Source: a virus. Taken from it: 64,000 bases of DNA. The position numbers and the translations under genes were made by a program. Of the stretch, positions 8,711 through 18,659 are shown in pieces (the stretch's first letter is position 1; each line of letters starts with the position of its first letter). The notes under the pieces were generated by a model that ran no database searches, was not told the origin of the DNA, and was given only the letters and a program-made list of their open reading frames with translations. The DNA is taken from the IMG/VR virus record IMGVR_UViG_3300018018_000002, positions 6,186 to 70,185 of that record; one strand, given 5' to 3'.

Positions 8711-9832
8711 ATGAACAAAGTTGCATTGGATTTCATTCTGAACGGCGTCGCCCAAGGCTCCGTTGCATCCCGCCTAATGGCGGCCAACGGTGACGTTGGC
8801 ATCTTCCGCCCCTACTGGGACAGCAAGGGTCGGACCTGCGTCACCCTGAACAAGTACAACCCGCGCACCGGGAAGATTGAACCGCAGAAGATGGTCATCA
8901 ATGCGGCGGCCACCATGCGCTACGACGAGTGGCGCCAGCTGGATACGGCCGTTCTGAAAGCGGCACGTGGTCGTTTGCGGTTCGTCGCTGACCTGCGGGC
9001 TGGTGGCTTGCAGTTCACTATTCCGAACGGCCTCGCCAAGACCGTGCTGAGTTCTGAGAAGAGCACTGACCCCGGTTCGGCGAGCGTGAGCATGGATGGT
9101 CTGCGCAAGGGGCAGAACGACCGCCAGGAGTACGCCATGGAGAATTTGCCCCTTCCCCTGATCCACTCTGACTTCAGCTTCAGTGCTCGCCAGATCATGG
9201 TCAGCCGGGAGAGCGCAACTCCACTCGACACCGCGGCGGCGGAAGCGGCCGCCCGACGTGTTGCTGAAGTCGCCGAGCAGATGTGCCTGGGCAACTGGGC
9301 TGGTGGCGACTTTGCCTTCGGGGGTGGTACGATCTACGGGGCGACTACGTTCCCGCAGCGCATTACCAAGCTGCTCACCCTTCCAACCCTGTCGGCCTGG
9401 GTGCCGAAGACCACGCTGAATGAAGTGCTGGCGATGAAGCAAGCGTCGATCAGCCAACTTCACTTCGGGCCGTGGATCCTGTACGCGGCCACGAATTGGG
9501 ACCAGTACCTCGACAACGACTACATCCTGACTGGCGGTAACGTTGCGACGCAGACCCTCCGGGAGCGTCTCAAGGCGATCGACGGTATCCAGGACGTTCG
9601 GGCGCTCGACTTCCTGACTGGTTACCAGATGCTGCTGGTCCAGCAATCCTCGGACGTGATCCGGGAGATCGTCGGGCTGGACTTCACGACGGTCCAGTGG
9701 CCGGAAGAGGGCGGGCTGAAGATGAATTACAAGGTGATGGCCATTCTGGTGCCCCAGCTGCGTGCTGACATCAACGGCAACACCGGTATCGTCCACGGCT
9801 CTCCCGTCGCGCAAGACCTGCTGAACACCTGA
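8711..9832 (+). CDS. major capsid protein (HK97 fold, encapsulin/linocin-related)
   Basis: 373 aa, strong codon bias, 'DEWRQLDTAV', 'LPLPLIHSDFSFSARQI', followed by a terminator. Confidence 0.85.
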   Translation: MNKVALDFILNGVAQGSVASRLMAANGDVGIFRPYWDSKGRTCVTLNKYNPRTGKIEPQKMVINAAATMRYDEWRQLDTAVLKAARGRLRFVADLRAGGLQFTIPNGLAKTVLSSEKSTDPGSASVSMDGLRKGQNDRQEYAMENLPLPLIHSDFSFSARQIMVSRESATPLDTAAAEAAARRVAEVAEQMCLGNWAGGDFAFGGGTIYGATTFPQRITKLLTLPTLSAWVPKTTLNEVLAMKQASISQLHFGPWILYAATNWDQYLDNDYILTGGNVATQTLRERLKAIDGIQDVRALDFLTGYQMLLVQQSSDVIREIVGLDFTTVQWPEEGGLKMNYKVMAILVPQLRADINGNTGIVHGSPVAQDLLNT

Positions 9833-9860
9833 CCGGGACACTCTTGCAGTCCTGGACATG

Positions 9861-9912
9861 AGGAAAAGGATGCCCCAGACGGTGCTAGGTGCTGTCTGGG
9901 CTCCTTTCTTTT
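9861..9912 (+). terminator. intrinsic terminator after MCP
   Basis: CCCAGACGGTGC-TAG-GTGCTGTCTGGG stem (with G-U pairs) followed by CTCCTTTCTTTT. Confidence 0.65.
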
Positions 9913-9953
9913 GAGCTAGTCACAACCACACACACATCCAAAAACCACACGCT

Positions 9954-10415
9954 ATGAAAACTGCCTATCGCGTCATCGCCGGGGTCCACCACCACACTGA
10001 GCCCGGCTCGAAGAAAGAGATCGTCTACGGCAAGGGACAACCTGATGGAGACATCGTTGTCACCGAGCTCAATCTAATGGCGGCCTTCCCCAACAAGTTC
10101 GTGAAGGTCGATACGCCCGCTAGCCCACCTAGCGCCCCTGCTGCCCCCGCCCCGGCACCAACACCCCAATCCACCCCTCAAACCAGCGTATCGAGGGCGG
10201 AATCGGCTGAAACAGGCGGTTCTGAGGCCCCGGGAGACGCAAAACCGGGGGTTGATGTGACTGCCCAGTTCCCGAAAGCCCGTCGAGCCGGGTTCTTGGT
10301 CTTCAAGCGGACTGACGGGTACTTCGTCGCGGATCGGGACAACCCGACCCGGTTTGCCAACAAGAAACCCCTGGTCAAGGGCGACGTCGACGCCTATGTC
10401 GCCGAACTCGCGTGA
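9954..10415 (+). CDS. small capsid-associated protein with Pro/Ala/Thr-rich linker
   Basis: Follows MCP; 'PASPPSAPAAPAPAPTPQSTPQTS' linker. Confidence 0.7.
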   Translation: MKTAYRVIAGVHHHTEPGSKKEIVYGKGQPDGDIVVTELNLMAAFPNKFVKVDTPASPPSAPAAPAPAPTPQSTPQTSVSRAESAETGGSEAPGDAKPGVDVTAQFPKARRAGFLVFKRTDGYFVADRDNPTRFANKKPLVKGDVDAYVAELA

Positions 10416-11083
10416 AATGGACACCGGAACGCGAATGGCCCGACGCCGATGTCTATTTGATCGGAGGGGGCCCTAGTCTGCGCGAGTTTGATTGGCGCAG
10501 ACTAGAGGGGCGTCGGACGATCGGGTGCAACTCGGCCTTTATCCACGGCCCGAATGTCTGCCACCTTTGCCTGTTTAGCGACCAGCCCTGGTTCGCCAGG
10601 TACGAGGAAGAGCTGTTTGCTTACTTCAAGCAGGGCGGCTGCGTGGCCACGCAATGCGAGTATGTCCCGCCAAACCTATCATGGGTGCTGTGCTTGCCCC
10701 GCACCATGAAGGGGCTGACGACGGATGGCAGCCTCTATTACGGTTATGGTGGGAGCACCGGGGCCAGCGCCATTCATCTGGCCTTGCTGCTTGGGGCCCG
10801 CCGAGTCTTTCTCCTGGGCTATGATGGCAAGCTGTCCAAGGAGGGAGACAGCAACTGGCACCAGCGGTTAGTGGAAAAGCCCAACCCAACCGTGTACCTC
10901 AAATTCAATGAGGCTTGGTATCAGATCGCCCGGACCCACCGCCAGATCTTCCCGGGCACGGAAATCTACAACACCAATCGAGACTCGGCGATCACTCAGT
11001 TTCCATTTATGGACCTGGATGAAGCCCTGAGGAATTCTCCATGCTACCAGGAAGATGCAGTCCCACAGATGTCGCCGGCGTGA
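10412..11083 (+). CDS. Maf/DUF115-like (MptE-related fold) putative glycosyltransferase
   Basis: 'VYLIGGGPSL', 'TIGCNSAF', 'STGASAIHLALLLGARRVFLLGYD'. Confidence 0.7.
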   Translation: MKWTPEREWPDADVYLIGGGPSLREFDWRRLEGRRTIGCNSAFIHGPNVCHLCLFSDQPWFARYEEELFAYFKQGGCVATQCEYVPPNLSWVLCLPRTMKGLTTDGSLYYGYGGSTGASAIHLALLLGARRVFLLGYDGKLSKEGDSNWHQRLVEKPNPTVYLKFNEAWYQIARTHRQIFPGTEIYNTNRDSAITQFPFMDLDEALRNSPCYQEDAVPQMSPA

Positions 11084-11502
11084 TTGAGACAGATCCGGCC
11101 GTAGTCGGGTCCAGCCTTAATGGACTGAATCCCTTCATCAACATTGCCAATGAGATGGTGACGGAATGCTGCACCTTGCAAGGGCAAGGCTATTCTGCTT
11201 CTCGTCTGGCCGTGATCGAGACCTGGGTGGCCGCTCACTTCTATGCGGTGCGGGATCCCCGGCCGGTCACGGAGCAGCTGGGAGCCGCTCGCCAGACGCT
11301 GCAAAAGGTCGTGGACATCGGGTTGGACGCTACCCAATGGGGGCAGACAGCCATGCGGATCGATACCTATGGTGGACTGGCCGCAAAGAACAACAAGGCC
11401 GGACGGATGCGCGACTTTCACCTCGGCATCTTTCATCTGGGAACGCCGCGTCGAGCTACCTACAACCCCACCGACGTAGGTCAGCCCGGAGGAGGGGTGT
11501 AA
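11041..11502 (+). CDS. head-tail adaptor (connector)
   Basis: Synteny; 'IETWVAAHFYA', 'GLDATQWGQTA' like DUF4054/gp15-type adaptors. Confidence 0.7.
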   Translation: MLPGRCSPTDVAGVIETDPAVVGSSLNGLNPFINIANEMVTECCTLQGQGYSASRLAVIETWVAAHFYAVRDPRPVTEQLGAARQTLQKVVDIGLDATQWGQTAMRIDTYGGLAAKNNKAGRMRDFHLGIFHLGTPRRATYNPTDVGQPGGGV

Positions 11503-11505
11503 CTG

Positions 11506-11859
11506 ATGAGCTTCATTTCTAAACTCCTGAAGGACAAGGCGGTGCTTTGGGCGAGAGCCGCCAATGGGGCTAGCGATGATTACGGTCAGCCGGTCGTGAT
11601 GACACCGGTGCAGATCCCTTGTCGTTGGCAGGATGAAGCAAAGGAGTTTATTGATCACACTGGAACTCGCCAAGTGAGCGCGGCCGTTGTCTACATCGAT
11701 CGAGACGTTGTCATCGGGAGCCTGATTATGCTCGGCACGCTTGCTTCTCTAGTTGATCCGCTTGTGCCGAAGAACAATCCAAGCGTCTTTGAAGTTCGCC
11801 AGCACGCCCGAGTCACTAACCTGCGCAATACTCAGACCCTTTACACGATCTTCCTATGA
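11506..11859 (+). CDS. head closure (stopper) protein
   Basis: Synteny; 'DDYGQP...IPCRWQD' pattern. Confidence 0.65.
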   Translation: MSFISKLLKDKAVLWARAANGASDDYGQPVVMTPVQIPCRWQDEAKEFIDHTGTRQVSAAVVYIDRDVVIGSLIMLGTLASLVDPLVPKNNPSVFEVRQHARVTNLRNTQTLYTIFL

Positions 11860-12305
11860 TGATTGCCGACATCGCTGGCATTCGCTCCAGTCTCAACGCT
11901 GCCTTAGCCAAGTTGGCAGCGAAGCGGGTAGCCCACCAAGCTGGGTTGAACCGGGGACTGCGAGCAGCCGGTCTGTTGCTGTATCGGTACAGCCAGCTAG
12001 AGGTTCCAGTTGACTATGGCATTCTGAAGGGCTCCGGCTTTGTGCGGGTGCTTGGAGCGGGTTGGGGAACCATGGTTCAGGTTGGCTACACCGCCGAGTA
12101 TGCCATTTTTGTCCATGAGAATATGGACGCTCTGCATGGAGAGCTCTTCAATATCAACTATGCCGAGGAGCTGGCCAAGAAGCCTAAGACCGGACCCTTC
12201 CGCCATAGTCGCGGTCAAGGGCAGAAAGCTAAGTTCCTTTCGGATCCGGCTTTGGATCACGCAGAGGAACTGAGGGATGTCATTAAGAAGGAGATTGTGG
12301 TATGA
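11856..12305 (+). CDS. neck/tail completion protein (HK97 gp10-like)
   Basis: 'EVPVDYGILKGSG', 'VGYTAEYAIFVHE', 'AKFL..PA'. Confidence 0.75.
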   Translation: MMIADIAGIRSSLNAALAKLAAKRVAHQAGLNRGLRAAGLLLYRYSQLEVPVDYGILKGSGFVRVLGAGWGTMVQVGYTAEYAIFVHENMDALHGELFNINYAEELAKKPKTGPFRHSRGQGQKAKFLSDPALDHAEELRDVIKKEIVV

Positions 12306-12754
12306 ATAATACTCCCGCCACTATCCTTCGGTCTTTGTTCCTGACTGTGCCAGACCTGGTCAACGTTCCTAATGACAACACGACGGTCTGGCCTTGCTAC
12401 GTCTCGGCCATGCCGGATGGGGATGATATCCCGCATGAGGCGGCCGCAGTGTATGCGGTGATGGGGATTAAGGAAGCTCGCCTCATGGATGATGGCAAGG
12501 TAATCGAACGCTATGCCGTTCAGGTCAAGACCAGGGCGCGAGATTATACCGTGGGTTGGGCCAAGCTCGGAGCAGTGATCGCCTTTATTGACAAGCTCAA
12601 AGGAGCGACCACGACGCTAGGCAGCTACCTTTATTCTGTTCCTTCTATTTCACGGGGGGTGCCGCTGGCCTTAGGGCCTGAACCCGGGACTAAGCGGCGC
12701 TTCCTATTTACCGTCAACGTCACTTTCGTTTGCACGGAGACGAGCAGCGAATAA
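12302..12754 (+). CDS. tail terminator protein
   Basis: Synteny before tail tube; 'VQVKTRARDY', 'RFLFTVNV'. Confidence 0.65.
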   Translation: MNNTPATILRSLFLTVPDLVNVPNDNTTVWPCYVSAMPDGDDIPHEAAAVYAVMGIKEARLMDDGKVIERYAVQVKTRARDYTVGWAKLGAVIAFIDKLKGATTTLGSYLYSVPSISRGVPLALGPEPGTKRRFLFTVNVTFVCTETSSE

Positions 12755-12783
12755 CCAAACCCAAAATAAGGAGATCTAGTATC

Positions 12784-13209
12784 ATGTTCCTACAAGATGG
12801 CTTCAGTACCCTAATCGGGTTCTCCGACGAACCCACTGTCAAGTTAAAGGAGATCAACGTCACCCCACCCGGAGTGAGCGTGGGAAAAATGATCGACCAA
12901 ACCACGATGCGCAACAAGGATGTCCGGACGGCGGCGGCTGCGCGGTTGAAGTCAATCACCAACGGCAAGATCTCCGTCCAATATGATCCAGCAGTCCTGC
13001 AGACCTGCCTATCAATGGTGGGACAGAACCAGCTGATCACGGTGACGTTTCCTGACAACAGCACCTGGTCCTTCTGGGGCTGGCTGGACAGCTTCACCCT
13101 CGGCGCCTTGGAGGAAGGAAAGCTGCCCACGGCTGATGTGGCGCTGATTCCCTCTAATCTTAACCTCTCCGGGGCTGAGGTCATGCCCGCCTACGTCGCC
13201 GGTTCCTGA
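12784..13209 (+). CDS. major tail tube protein
   Basis: AAGGAG SD; 'IDQTTM', 'ITVTFPDNSTWSFWGWL'; precedes chaperone and tape measure. Confidence 0.8.
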   Translation: MFLQDGFSTLIGFSDEPTVKLKEINVTPPGVSVGKMIDQTTMRNKDVRTAAAARLKSITNGKISVQYDPAVLQTCLSMVGQNQLITVTFPDNSTWSFWGWLDSFTLGALEEGKLPTADVALIPSNLNLSGAEVMPAYVAGS

Positions 13210-13250
13210 TTCATTCCTGCCTGCAACCATAACCACACACAACCACACCC

Positions 13251-13628
13251 ATGAAAAACGAGAACCTTGAATTCACCACGACCCTCAAGTCGGTCCCCGT
13301 CAAGATCGATGGCAAGGATTACACGCTCACCGAACTGACTGGCAAGGAGCGTGACGCCTACAACACCGAAAGCGCCAAACGTCTCAAGATGGAGCTCGAT
13401 GCGAAGGGTCGGGCAACCCCGATCGTTCGCAACTTCGATGGTTATCAGACTGAGCTGATCACCATGGCGTTAGTAGACGCAGCTGGCAATCATGTGCCCG
13501 AGGACATCATTGCCGGTTGGCCCGCCAGCGTGCAGGCCGCTCTCTTCCGCAAGGCCCGGGAACTGAGCGGACTGTCCCTCACGGAGGATGAACAGGCTCG
13601 GATCGAGGCGGCCACAAAAAACGTCTAA
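13251..13628 (+). CDS. tail assembly chaperone (gpG-like)
   Basis: Position; ends at slippery site A AAA AAC. Confidence 0.8.
   Translation: MKNENLEFTTTLKSVPVKIDGKDYTLTELTGKERDAYNTESAKRLKMELDAKGRATPIVRNFDGYQTELITMALVDAAGNHVPEDIIAGWPASVQAALFRKARELSGLSLTEDEQARIEAATKNV
13616..13622 (+). other. programmed -1 ribosomal frameshift site (A AAA AAC)
   Basis: In-frame XXXYYYZ heptamer; the -1 frame is open (CGT CTA AAC GGC...) into ORF 13652-14002. Confidence 0.85.
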
Positions 13629-13651
13629 ACGGCAACCGAGGCGAGCGCCGC

Positions 13652-14002
13652 ATGTGGTTTCGGTTAGCGGACCGCCTAGGGATGCCGCTCCAACGCCTAC
13701 AGCAAGAAACCTCTAGCACGGAGTTCCTCGAATGGTGCGAGTACATGCAGGAAGATTTGAAGGTGGTGCAGCGTCAGGAGTTTTACCTGGCTCGCATTGC
13801 TGCGCTGATCTATGCTGCCGCGACTCACAAAGCTACACCATTGAAGGACTTCATATTCGACTTCGCTCCTGGTCCCCAGCCGAGCGAGGAAAACATAGAC
13901 GATGAGGAAAAGCGCCAGCGTCATATTCAGCGCTCAAAGGCCAATTGGGCTGCCATCGTCGGACAACCCCCCAAGAAACCTCCCCCTAAGAAAAGGAAGT
14001 AA
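13652..14002 (+). CDS. tail assembly chaperone, frameshift extension (gpT-like)
   Basis: 'LADRLGMPLQRLQQETSSTEFLEW' gpT-like; in the -1 frame of gpG. Confidence 0.78.
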   Translation: MWFRLADRLGMPLQRLQQETSSTEFLEWCEYMQEDLKVVQRQEFYLARIAALIYAAATHKATPLKDFIFDFAPGPQPSEENIDDEEKRQRHIQRSKANWAAIVGQPPKKPPPKKRK

Positions 14003-16948
14003 ATGGCTGTCGCCGGCGCTGATTCGCTAGGCACACTGGTCCTGACTCTGACCGCCGATGGGCGGCAGTACATGCAGGGCCTGACTGATGTCCAGAACGC
14101 TACCTCTGGAGCAGTCGAAACCATCGTCGGAACATTTGAGTATGGGTTTACCGCGATCAGCGCCATCGTAGCGGCGACGCTAGCGGCCGCAATCAAGTCC
14201 TACGCTGACTTCGAAGAGGACCTCGTGGCCGCAACCGCTAACATGAGCGGGGCCACTGAGGAAATGAGGATTCAGATGGCAGCCACGGCCGTTGAGCTGT
14301 CGAACAATGGGGTCAACAGCGCCGATGATTTGGCCAAGGCCTATGGCGCGTTGAAGGAGAATGGGAAAGATGCCGCTCAGGCCATCCGGGACATTGCGGT
14401 CGCAGATCAGTTTGCGATCTCCGCGCACACCGACTCTGCGACCGCTGCCCAGACGCTGGCCCGGGCAGAGGTAGCGGTGGGAATGGCCAGTCGAGATGCG
14501 GCGACTGATGCTCAGCATTTGGTCGAGGTGGCGGACGCGGTCACCTTAGCTGCTCGGGAAGGAAACAGCTCGCAAATGGCCTTTGCTTCGGCCCTGGCTT
14601 CCTCTGGAACGCAGATTCGGATGTTGAGCGGAGGGATGACAGAAGGTCTGGCCATCATGGCGGCATACACCCAGCAAGGCAAGGATGCTGGGACGGCTGC
14701 ATCCAACTTGAACATGATGATTCGGTCGCTGACCCAATCTGCCTCGACTCACGCGGAGGTCTGGAAGCAGTTTGGGATGAGCATCTATGACGCCTCCGGC
14801 AGGTTGAAGCCCATGGCCGATATCATTGGGATGCTGGAATCACAGATGGCCGGACTGAGTCCACAGGAGACAAGACAAATGGAGCAGATGCTCGGGCTCC
14901 AGGCTCGTTCACTCATGGCCATGCAAACCTTGTTTGGAATGAGCGGGGCGATCCGGCAGATGCAGTCCGACTTTGAGAATGCCGGCGGGACAATGGACAG
15001 CGTGGCCAACGTCCAGATGGGTACCTTCAACGCTCAGGCCAAGGAAATGTGGAACAACGTCCACAACCTATTCATCACCCTTGGTTCGGAATTGGTTCCT
15101 ATTCTGGAAGCGTTGAACAAGTTGCTGATCCCAATGTTGAAGACTTGGACAGATAACGATGCGGCGATTATTTCTAACCAGGCACATACTAAGCAGCTCA
15201 CTGAAACCCAGAAAACCTTTGTCGAAGGAATTTCACTTGTCATCGATCTCGTTCGCTATCTGACCGAAGGCTTCTTGATGGGCGAGCAGGTCATCATCGC
15301 CCTGATGGGGGCATTCAACGAACTATGGCTCACTGCCAAGATGGTCTTTGGGGCTCTGACCTATATCGTTGACGCCTTCTACGTCGGGGCCCGGGAAGGA
15401 CTTGATGTCCTAGTCGCGGGGTTCTTGGAAGGGCTGACAGACATGGCCGAGCTGGCCAACAAGATTCTGCCTAAGAAGCTTCAAATCGATACTACCCAAT
15501 TTCATGCAGCGATTGCGAGCGTGGTCAGTGATTATGATGCGCTGAACAATCAGCTCACCCAGTCCAAGACGAACATGGACACCTATGCCAAGGACTGGCT
15601 CAACTTTCAGAAGGACCTCGTGGCCGGGACGGACGAGTACACCATGGCCCTCGACCAGGTGGACAAGCAAATCGAGTCGGTCCAGAATTGGAAGTTCACG
15701 GGCAGTGCCTTTGAGAAGAGCGTCAATGACATGGTGACAGGAACAGCGGGGGTGGCCCATGCGTGGGGGACGGTCAACACCCAAATCCGGCTGACGGGAG
15801 GATCTCTCGAGGACTATACTCATCGGGCCAGCCAGCTACCACAAACAGTGGAACTGCTCAAGACCATTGCCAATGCTTGGGAGACCAACGCCCAAAAAGT
15901 CTTGGACTTCAACAAGGCCTTGGGATCGGGTCAAGTCTCTGTTTCTCAGTACCTGATGGCCATGGAGAAGCTGAACGTCCTCGGGGTGGAAGATCCCTTT
16001 GCTAAGACGATGGTGAGCTTGACGCAGCTGGACGATGCCTACGTCAATGGACAGGAAACCCTAATCCGGTATAACCAGCAGCTTCGGAATGGAACCATTT
16101 CCCAGGCTCAATATGATGCCCAGGTCGCAGCCGGGGTGATGAGCACAGATGCCTACACTGCCGCGCGAGAGAAACTCCTCCGGACCTATACCCAAGTCAA
16201 GACTGGTAGTTCACAGCTGGACGCCATCACCGCGCTCAAAAACCAATTGACCGATGAACAGGCCCTCTGGAGACAGGAGCAGGCTGATTCCACTCACTGG
16301 GCCACCCTCACTGCTCAAGATAAGGTTCGCATTACCGAGGCCGCCAATTCCAGGATCTTAACCCTGACTCAGGATCTGGCCAACAAGCAGAAGGAGTTCT
16401 ATCTGACTATGGATCAGACCGTTCTCAGTTCTGCTTCCACGCTGGCCACGGGGCTTGAGAATTTGGCTACCAAGGGTACCACTGCTTACAAGGCTGCCTA
16501 CGTCATGGAGAAGGCTATCGCGATTGCGCAGGCCATTGTCCAGACTCAGCTGGCCGCGACTAAGGCCTTGGCCGAAGGGGGACCGATCCTGGGTCCCGAA
16601 ATGGCCGCGATGATGGAAGCATTAGGCTACGCCAACGTGGCGGTCATGGTAGCAACCGACATTGCCAATTTCGAAGGTGGAGGGTTTACTGCTAGCGGCT
16701 CCCGATCGGGTGGGGTGGACAATCGGGGAGGAATGTACGCTATTCTCCACCCGGATGAACAAGTTATTGACTTGACCAAGACCCGCGAGGGGCAAAGTCA
16801 TTCCGTCACCGTTAATCAGAACTTCGCCAGCGGAGTGTCCCATGCTGAGCTGAATGCCAAGGCCGAACAGATCAAACGGGAGACCATGCGAGCAGTTCTT
16901 GATGGAATTGCCCGAGGGGGAACCTTCCGCAAGAACGTCCAACGGTAA
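14003..16948 (+). CDS. tape measure protein (TP901-family core)
   Basis: 981 aa, Ala-rich helical; 'AGTAASNL', 'GMSIYDASGRLKPMADII'; C-terminal 'FEGGGFT...GGVD..GG...ILHPDEQVID'. Confidence 0.92.
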   Translation: MAVAGADSLGTLVLTLTADGRQYMQGLTDVQNATSGAVETIVGTFEYGFTAISAIVAATLAAAIKSYADFEEDLVAATANMSGATEEMRIQMAATAVELSNNGVNSADDLAKAYGALKENGKDAAQAIRDIAVADQFAISAHTDSATAAQTLARAEVAVGMASRDAATDAQHLVEVADAVTLAAREGNSSQMAFASALASSGTQIRMLSGGMTEGLAIMAAYTQQGKDAGTAASNLNMMIRSLTQSASTHAEVWKQFGMSIYDASGRLKPMADIIGMLESQMAGLSPQETRQMEQMLGLQARSLMAMQTLFGMSGAIRQMQSDFENAGGTMDSVANVQMGTFNAQAKEMWNNVHNLFITLGSELVPILEALNKLLIPMLKTWTDNDAAIISNQAHTKQLTETQKTFVEGISLVIDLVRYLTEGFLMGEQVIIALMGAFNELWLTAKMVFGALTYIVDAFYVGAREGLDVLVAGFLEGLTDMAELANKILPKKLQIDTTQFHAAIASVVSDYDALNNQLTQSKTNMDTYAKDWLNFQKDLVAGTDEYTMALDQVDKQIESVQNWKFTGSAFEKSVNDMVTGTAGVAHAWGTVNTQIRLTGGSLEDYTHRASQLPQTVELLKTIANAWETNAQKVLDFNKALGSGQVSVSQYLMAMEKLNVLGVEDPFAKTMVSLTQLDDAYVNGQETLIRYNQQLRNGTISQAQYDAQVAAGVMSTDAYTAAREKLLRTYTQVKTGSSQLDAITALKNQLTDEQALWRQEQADSTHWATLTAQDKVRITEAANSRILTLTQDLANKQKEFYLTMDQTVLSSASTLATGLENLATKGTTAYKAAYVMEKAIAIAQAIVQTQLAATKALAEGGPILGPEMAAMMEALGYANVAVMVATDIANFEGGGFTASGSRSGGVDNRGGMYAILHPDEQVIDLTKTREGQSHSVTVNQNFASGVSHAELNAKAEQIKRETMRAVLDGIARGGTFRKNVQR

Positions 16949-16954
16949 TTTCAC

Positions 16955-17584
16955 ATGCCTATCACCTATCCTTTAGACCTGCCGGACACGCCGGGGTTCA
17001 TTGAGTTTGAATGGGACCCGACCTCGGCCGTAGCGCGCCAAATTAATCCTTTCGACTTGACGCGGAAGATCTACGTCTGGGAAGGGCAGATCCGGCTCGC
17101 TAGTGTGAAGGTGCAAGCAATGCCACTGGCGGCGGCCAAAAAGTGGATGGCATTCATTCACAAGCTCAATGGCATCCAAGGGACTTTCTATATGCAGGAC
17201 GAGGTCGCCGCAGCGGTGCGGGGGTCCTATGTTCCAAGTGGCTCCTACCACCCGGAGGTGGATGGAGCAAATCAGACTGGCTGCGATCTGGTCACCAAGG
17301 GTTGGCCCCCTAGCATTACGAAGATGCTTCTGGCCGGAGACTGGATTGCAATTAACAATCGGCTTTACCAATTGCTCGATGACGTGAACTCCGGTGGGGG
17401 AGGGGCAGCTACTTTGACGGTTTGGCCGAACGTTGGGGGGATAGCTGCTAACACGGCTATTGATGTCGGTTCCGACGCCTATGGAATTTTTCGCCTTACT
17501 GACTGGCCGAAGTTTCCCTGGAGCGAGGATTGGTTTATGACCGGCTTTGCTTTTGGTGCAGAGGAGGCTATTCCCTATCCATGA
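16955..17584 (+). CDS. distal tail protein
   Basis: Immediately after TMP; 'MPITYPL.LP', 'VDGANQTG', 'LLAGDWI'. Confidence 0.7.
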   Translation: MPITYPLDLPDTPGFIEFEWDPTSAVARQINPFDLTRKIYVWEGQIRLASVKVQAMPLAAAKKWMAFIHKLNGIQGTFYMQDEVAAAVRGSYVPSGSYHPEVDGANQTGCDLVTKGWPPSITKMLLAGDWIAINNRLYQLLDDVNSGGGGAATLTVWPNVGGIAANTAIDVGSDAYGIFRLTDWPKFPWSEDWFMTGFAFGAEEAIPYP

Positions 17585-18210
17585 GCTCGGGCACTTCACT
17601 TCCCCCGGTCGAACGCACTCTTACCGTTGAGACTCTGGCACTAATTGCCAAAGGCGTTATCCAGCCGGTAATCTTTATCTTCGCTGATTTCCCTAGCCTG
17701 CCCCGTTATCTATGGACGGGAAGATACAATTATACCGATGGGAGCGGACAGACCTGGGTAGGAATAGGGTCCGTGGTAGGCATTCAAAATCTGACCGAGT
17801 CCCTTGATAGTGGTTCGACCGGCATCCAGGTGAAAGTGAATGGACTTGATCCTACGATCCGGGCGCAGATTGTGAGCGATGCTTACCAGGACCACACCGT
17901 GGAGATCACTTTGGCGTTCTGGAATTCAGAGACTAAGACTATTGAGATGCCACCGGAGCCGACCTGGAAAGGGACACTCGACAGTGATGCTTCGGACATG
18001 GGTCCTGATACCATCTCGCTCACGATCAACTGTGAGAGTCGGATGGCTGACATCCTGCGCAAGCGGTCCTGGAAGTACACCGACGCTGATCAGCAAGTCT
18101 TGCATCCAGGGCTAGGGGACACTGCCCTTTCGAAGATCACTCAAATCATCGATATGAACATTCCGTGGGGGAAGGCCGGTTCACCAGTCCTCGCGGGCAC
18201 ACCGGGATGA
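17581..18210 (+). CDS. tail tip/hub protein (gpL/DUF2163-like)
   Basis: 'YLWTG', 'TWVGIG', 'YTDADQQVLHPG..D', 'IPWG'. Confidence 0.7.
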   Translation: MSSGTSLPPVERTLTVETLALIAKGVIQPVIFIFADFPSLPRYLWTGRYNYTDGSGQTWVGIGSVVGIQNLTESLDSGSTGIQVKVNGLDPTIRAQIVSDAYQDHTVEITLAFWNSETKTIEMPPEPTWKGTLDSDASDMGPDTISLTINCESRMADILRKRSWKYTDADQQVLHPGLGDTALSKITQIIDMNIPWGKAGSPVLAGTPG

Positions 18211-18659
18211 TCCAGATTACACATCGTCTGCCTAATTGGGAGAAACATTATCATTCCGTCATTGCCCGTCGGGAGTGGAAGCCCTTCCACCGTCGGCTTA
18301 ATGATTGCGTTCGCTTCACTGCCCTAATGATCTTTGAGATTACCGGGGTCAAGCTGGGCGAGGAGTTCACTAAGCAGTACCGCTCCGACTTAGGGGCGAG
18401 TAGGCTGCTTTCTAAGCTCGGGAAGGATGGTTTCCTCCACGCTGCTGATAAGGTCCTCACCCAAGTTGGAATTCAACCATGCGACTGGAGAATGGCCCAG
18501 CGTGGGGATCCTGTCTTCTTCTCCGGAGACGTGGGCAAGAATGAATTGGAGCAGGGATTAGGCATTTGCGTCGGGCAGTATGCGATGAGCCCGGGTCTAA
18601 AGGGGCTCATTAAGATCCCGATGAATCGGGCCAAGGCCGCTTGGCACATACCCTTCTGA
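18207..18659 (+). CDS. tail assembly protein (DUF6950/NlpC-P60-like)
   Basis: 'RLPNWE', 'PF....NDCVRF', 'AQRGD', 'LGICVG'. Confidence 0.7.
   Translation: MIQITHRLPNWEKHYHSVIARREWKPFHRRLNDCVRFTALMIFEITGVKLGEEFTKQYRSDLGASRLLSKLGKDGFLHAADKVLTQVGIQPCDWRMAQRGDPVFFSGDVGKNELEQGLGICVGQYAMSPGLKGLIKIPMNRAKAAWHIPF

Noticed and set aside
8774-9859. Long antisense ORFs (8774-9859, 7056-7829, 38676-39692, 61283-62029)
   Set aside because: Shadow frames of high-GC3 genes with clear plus-strand functions.
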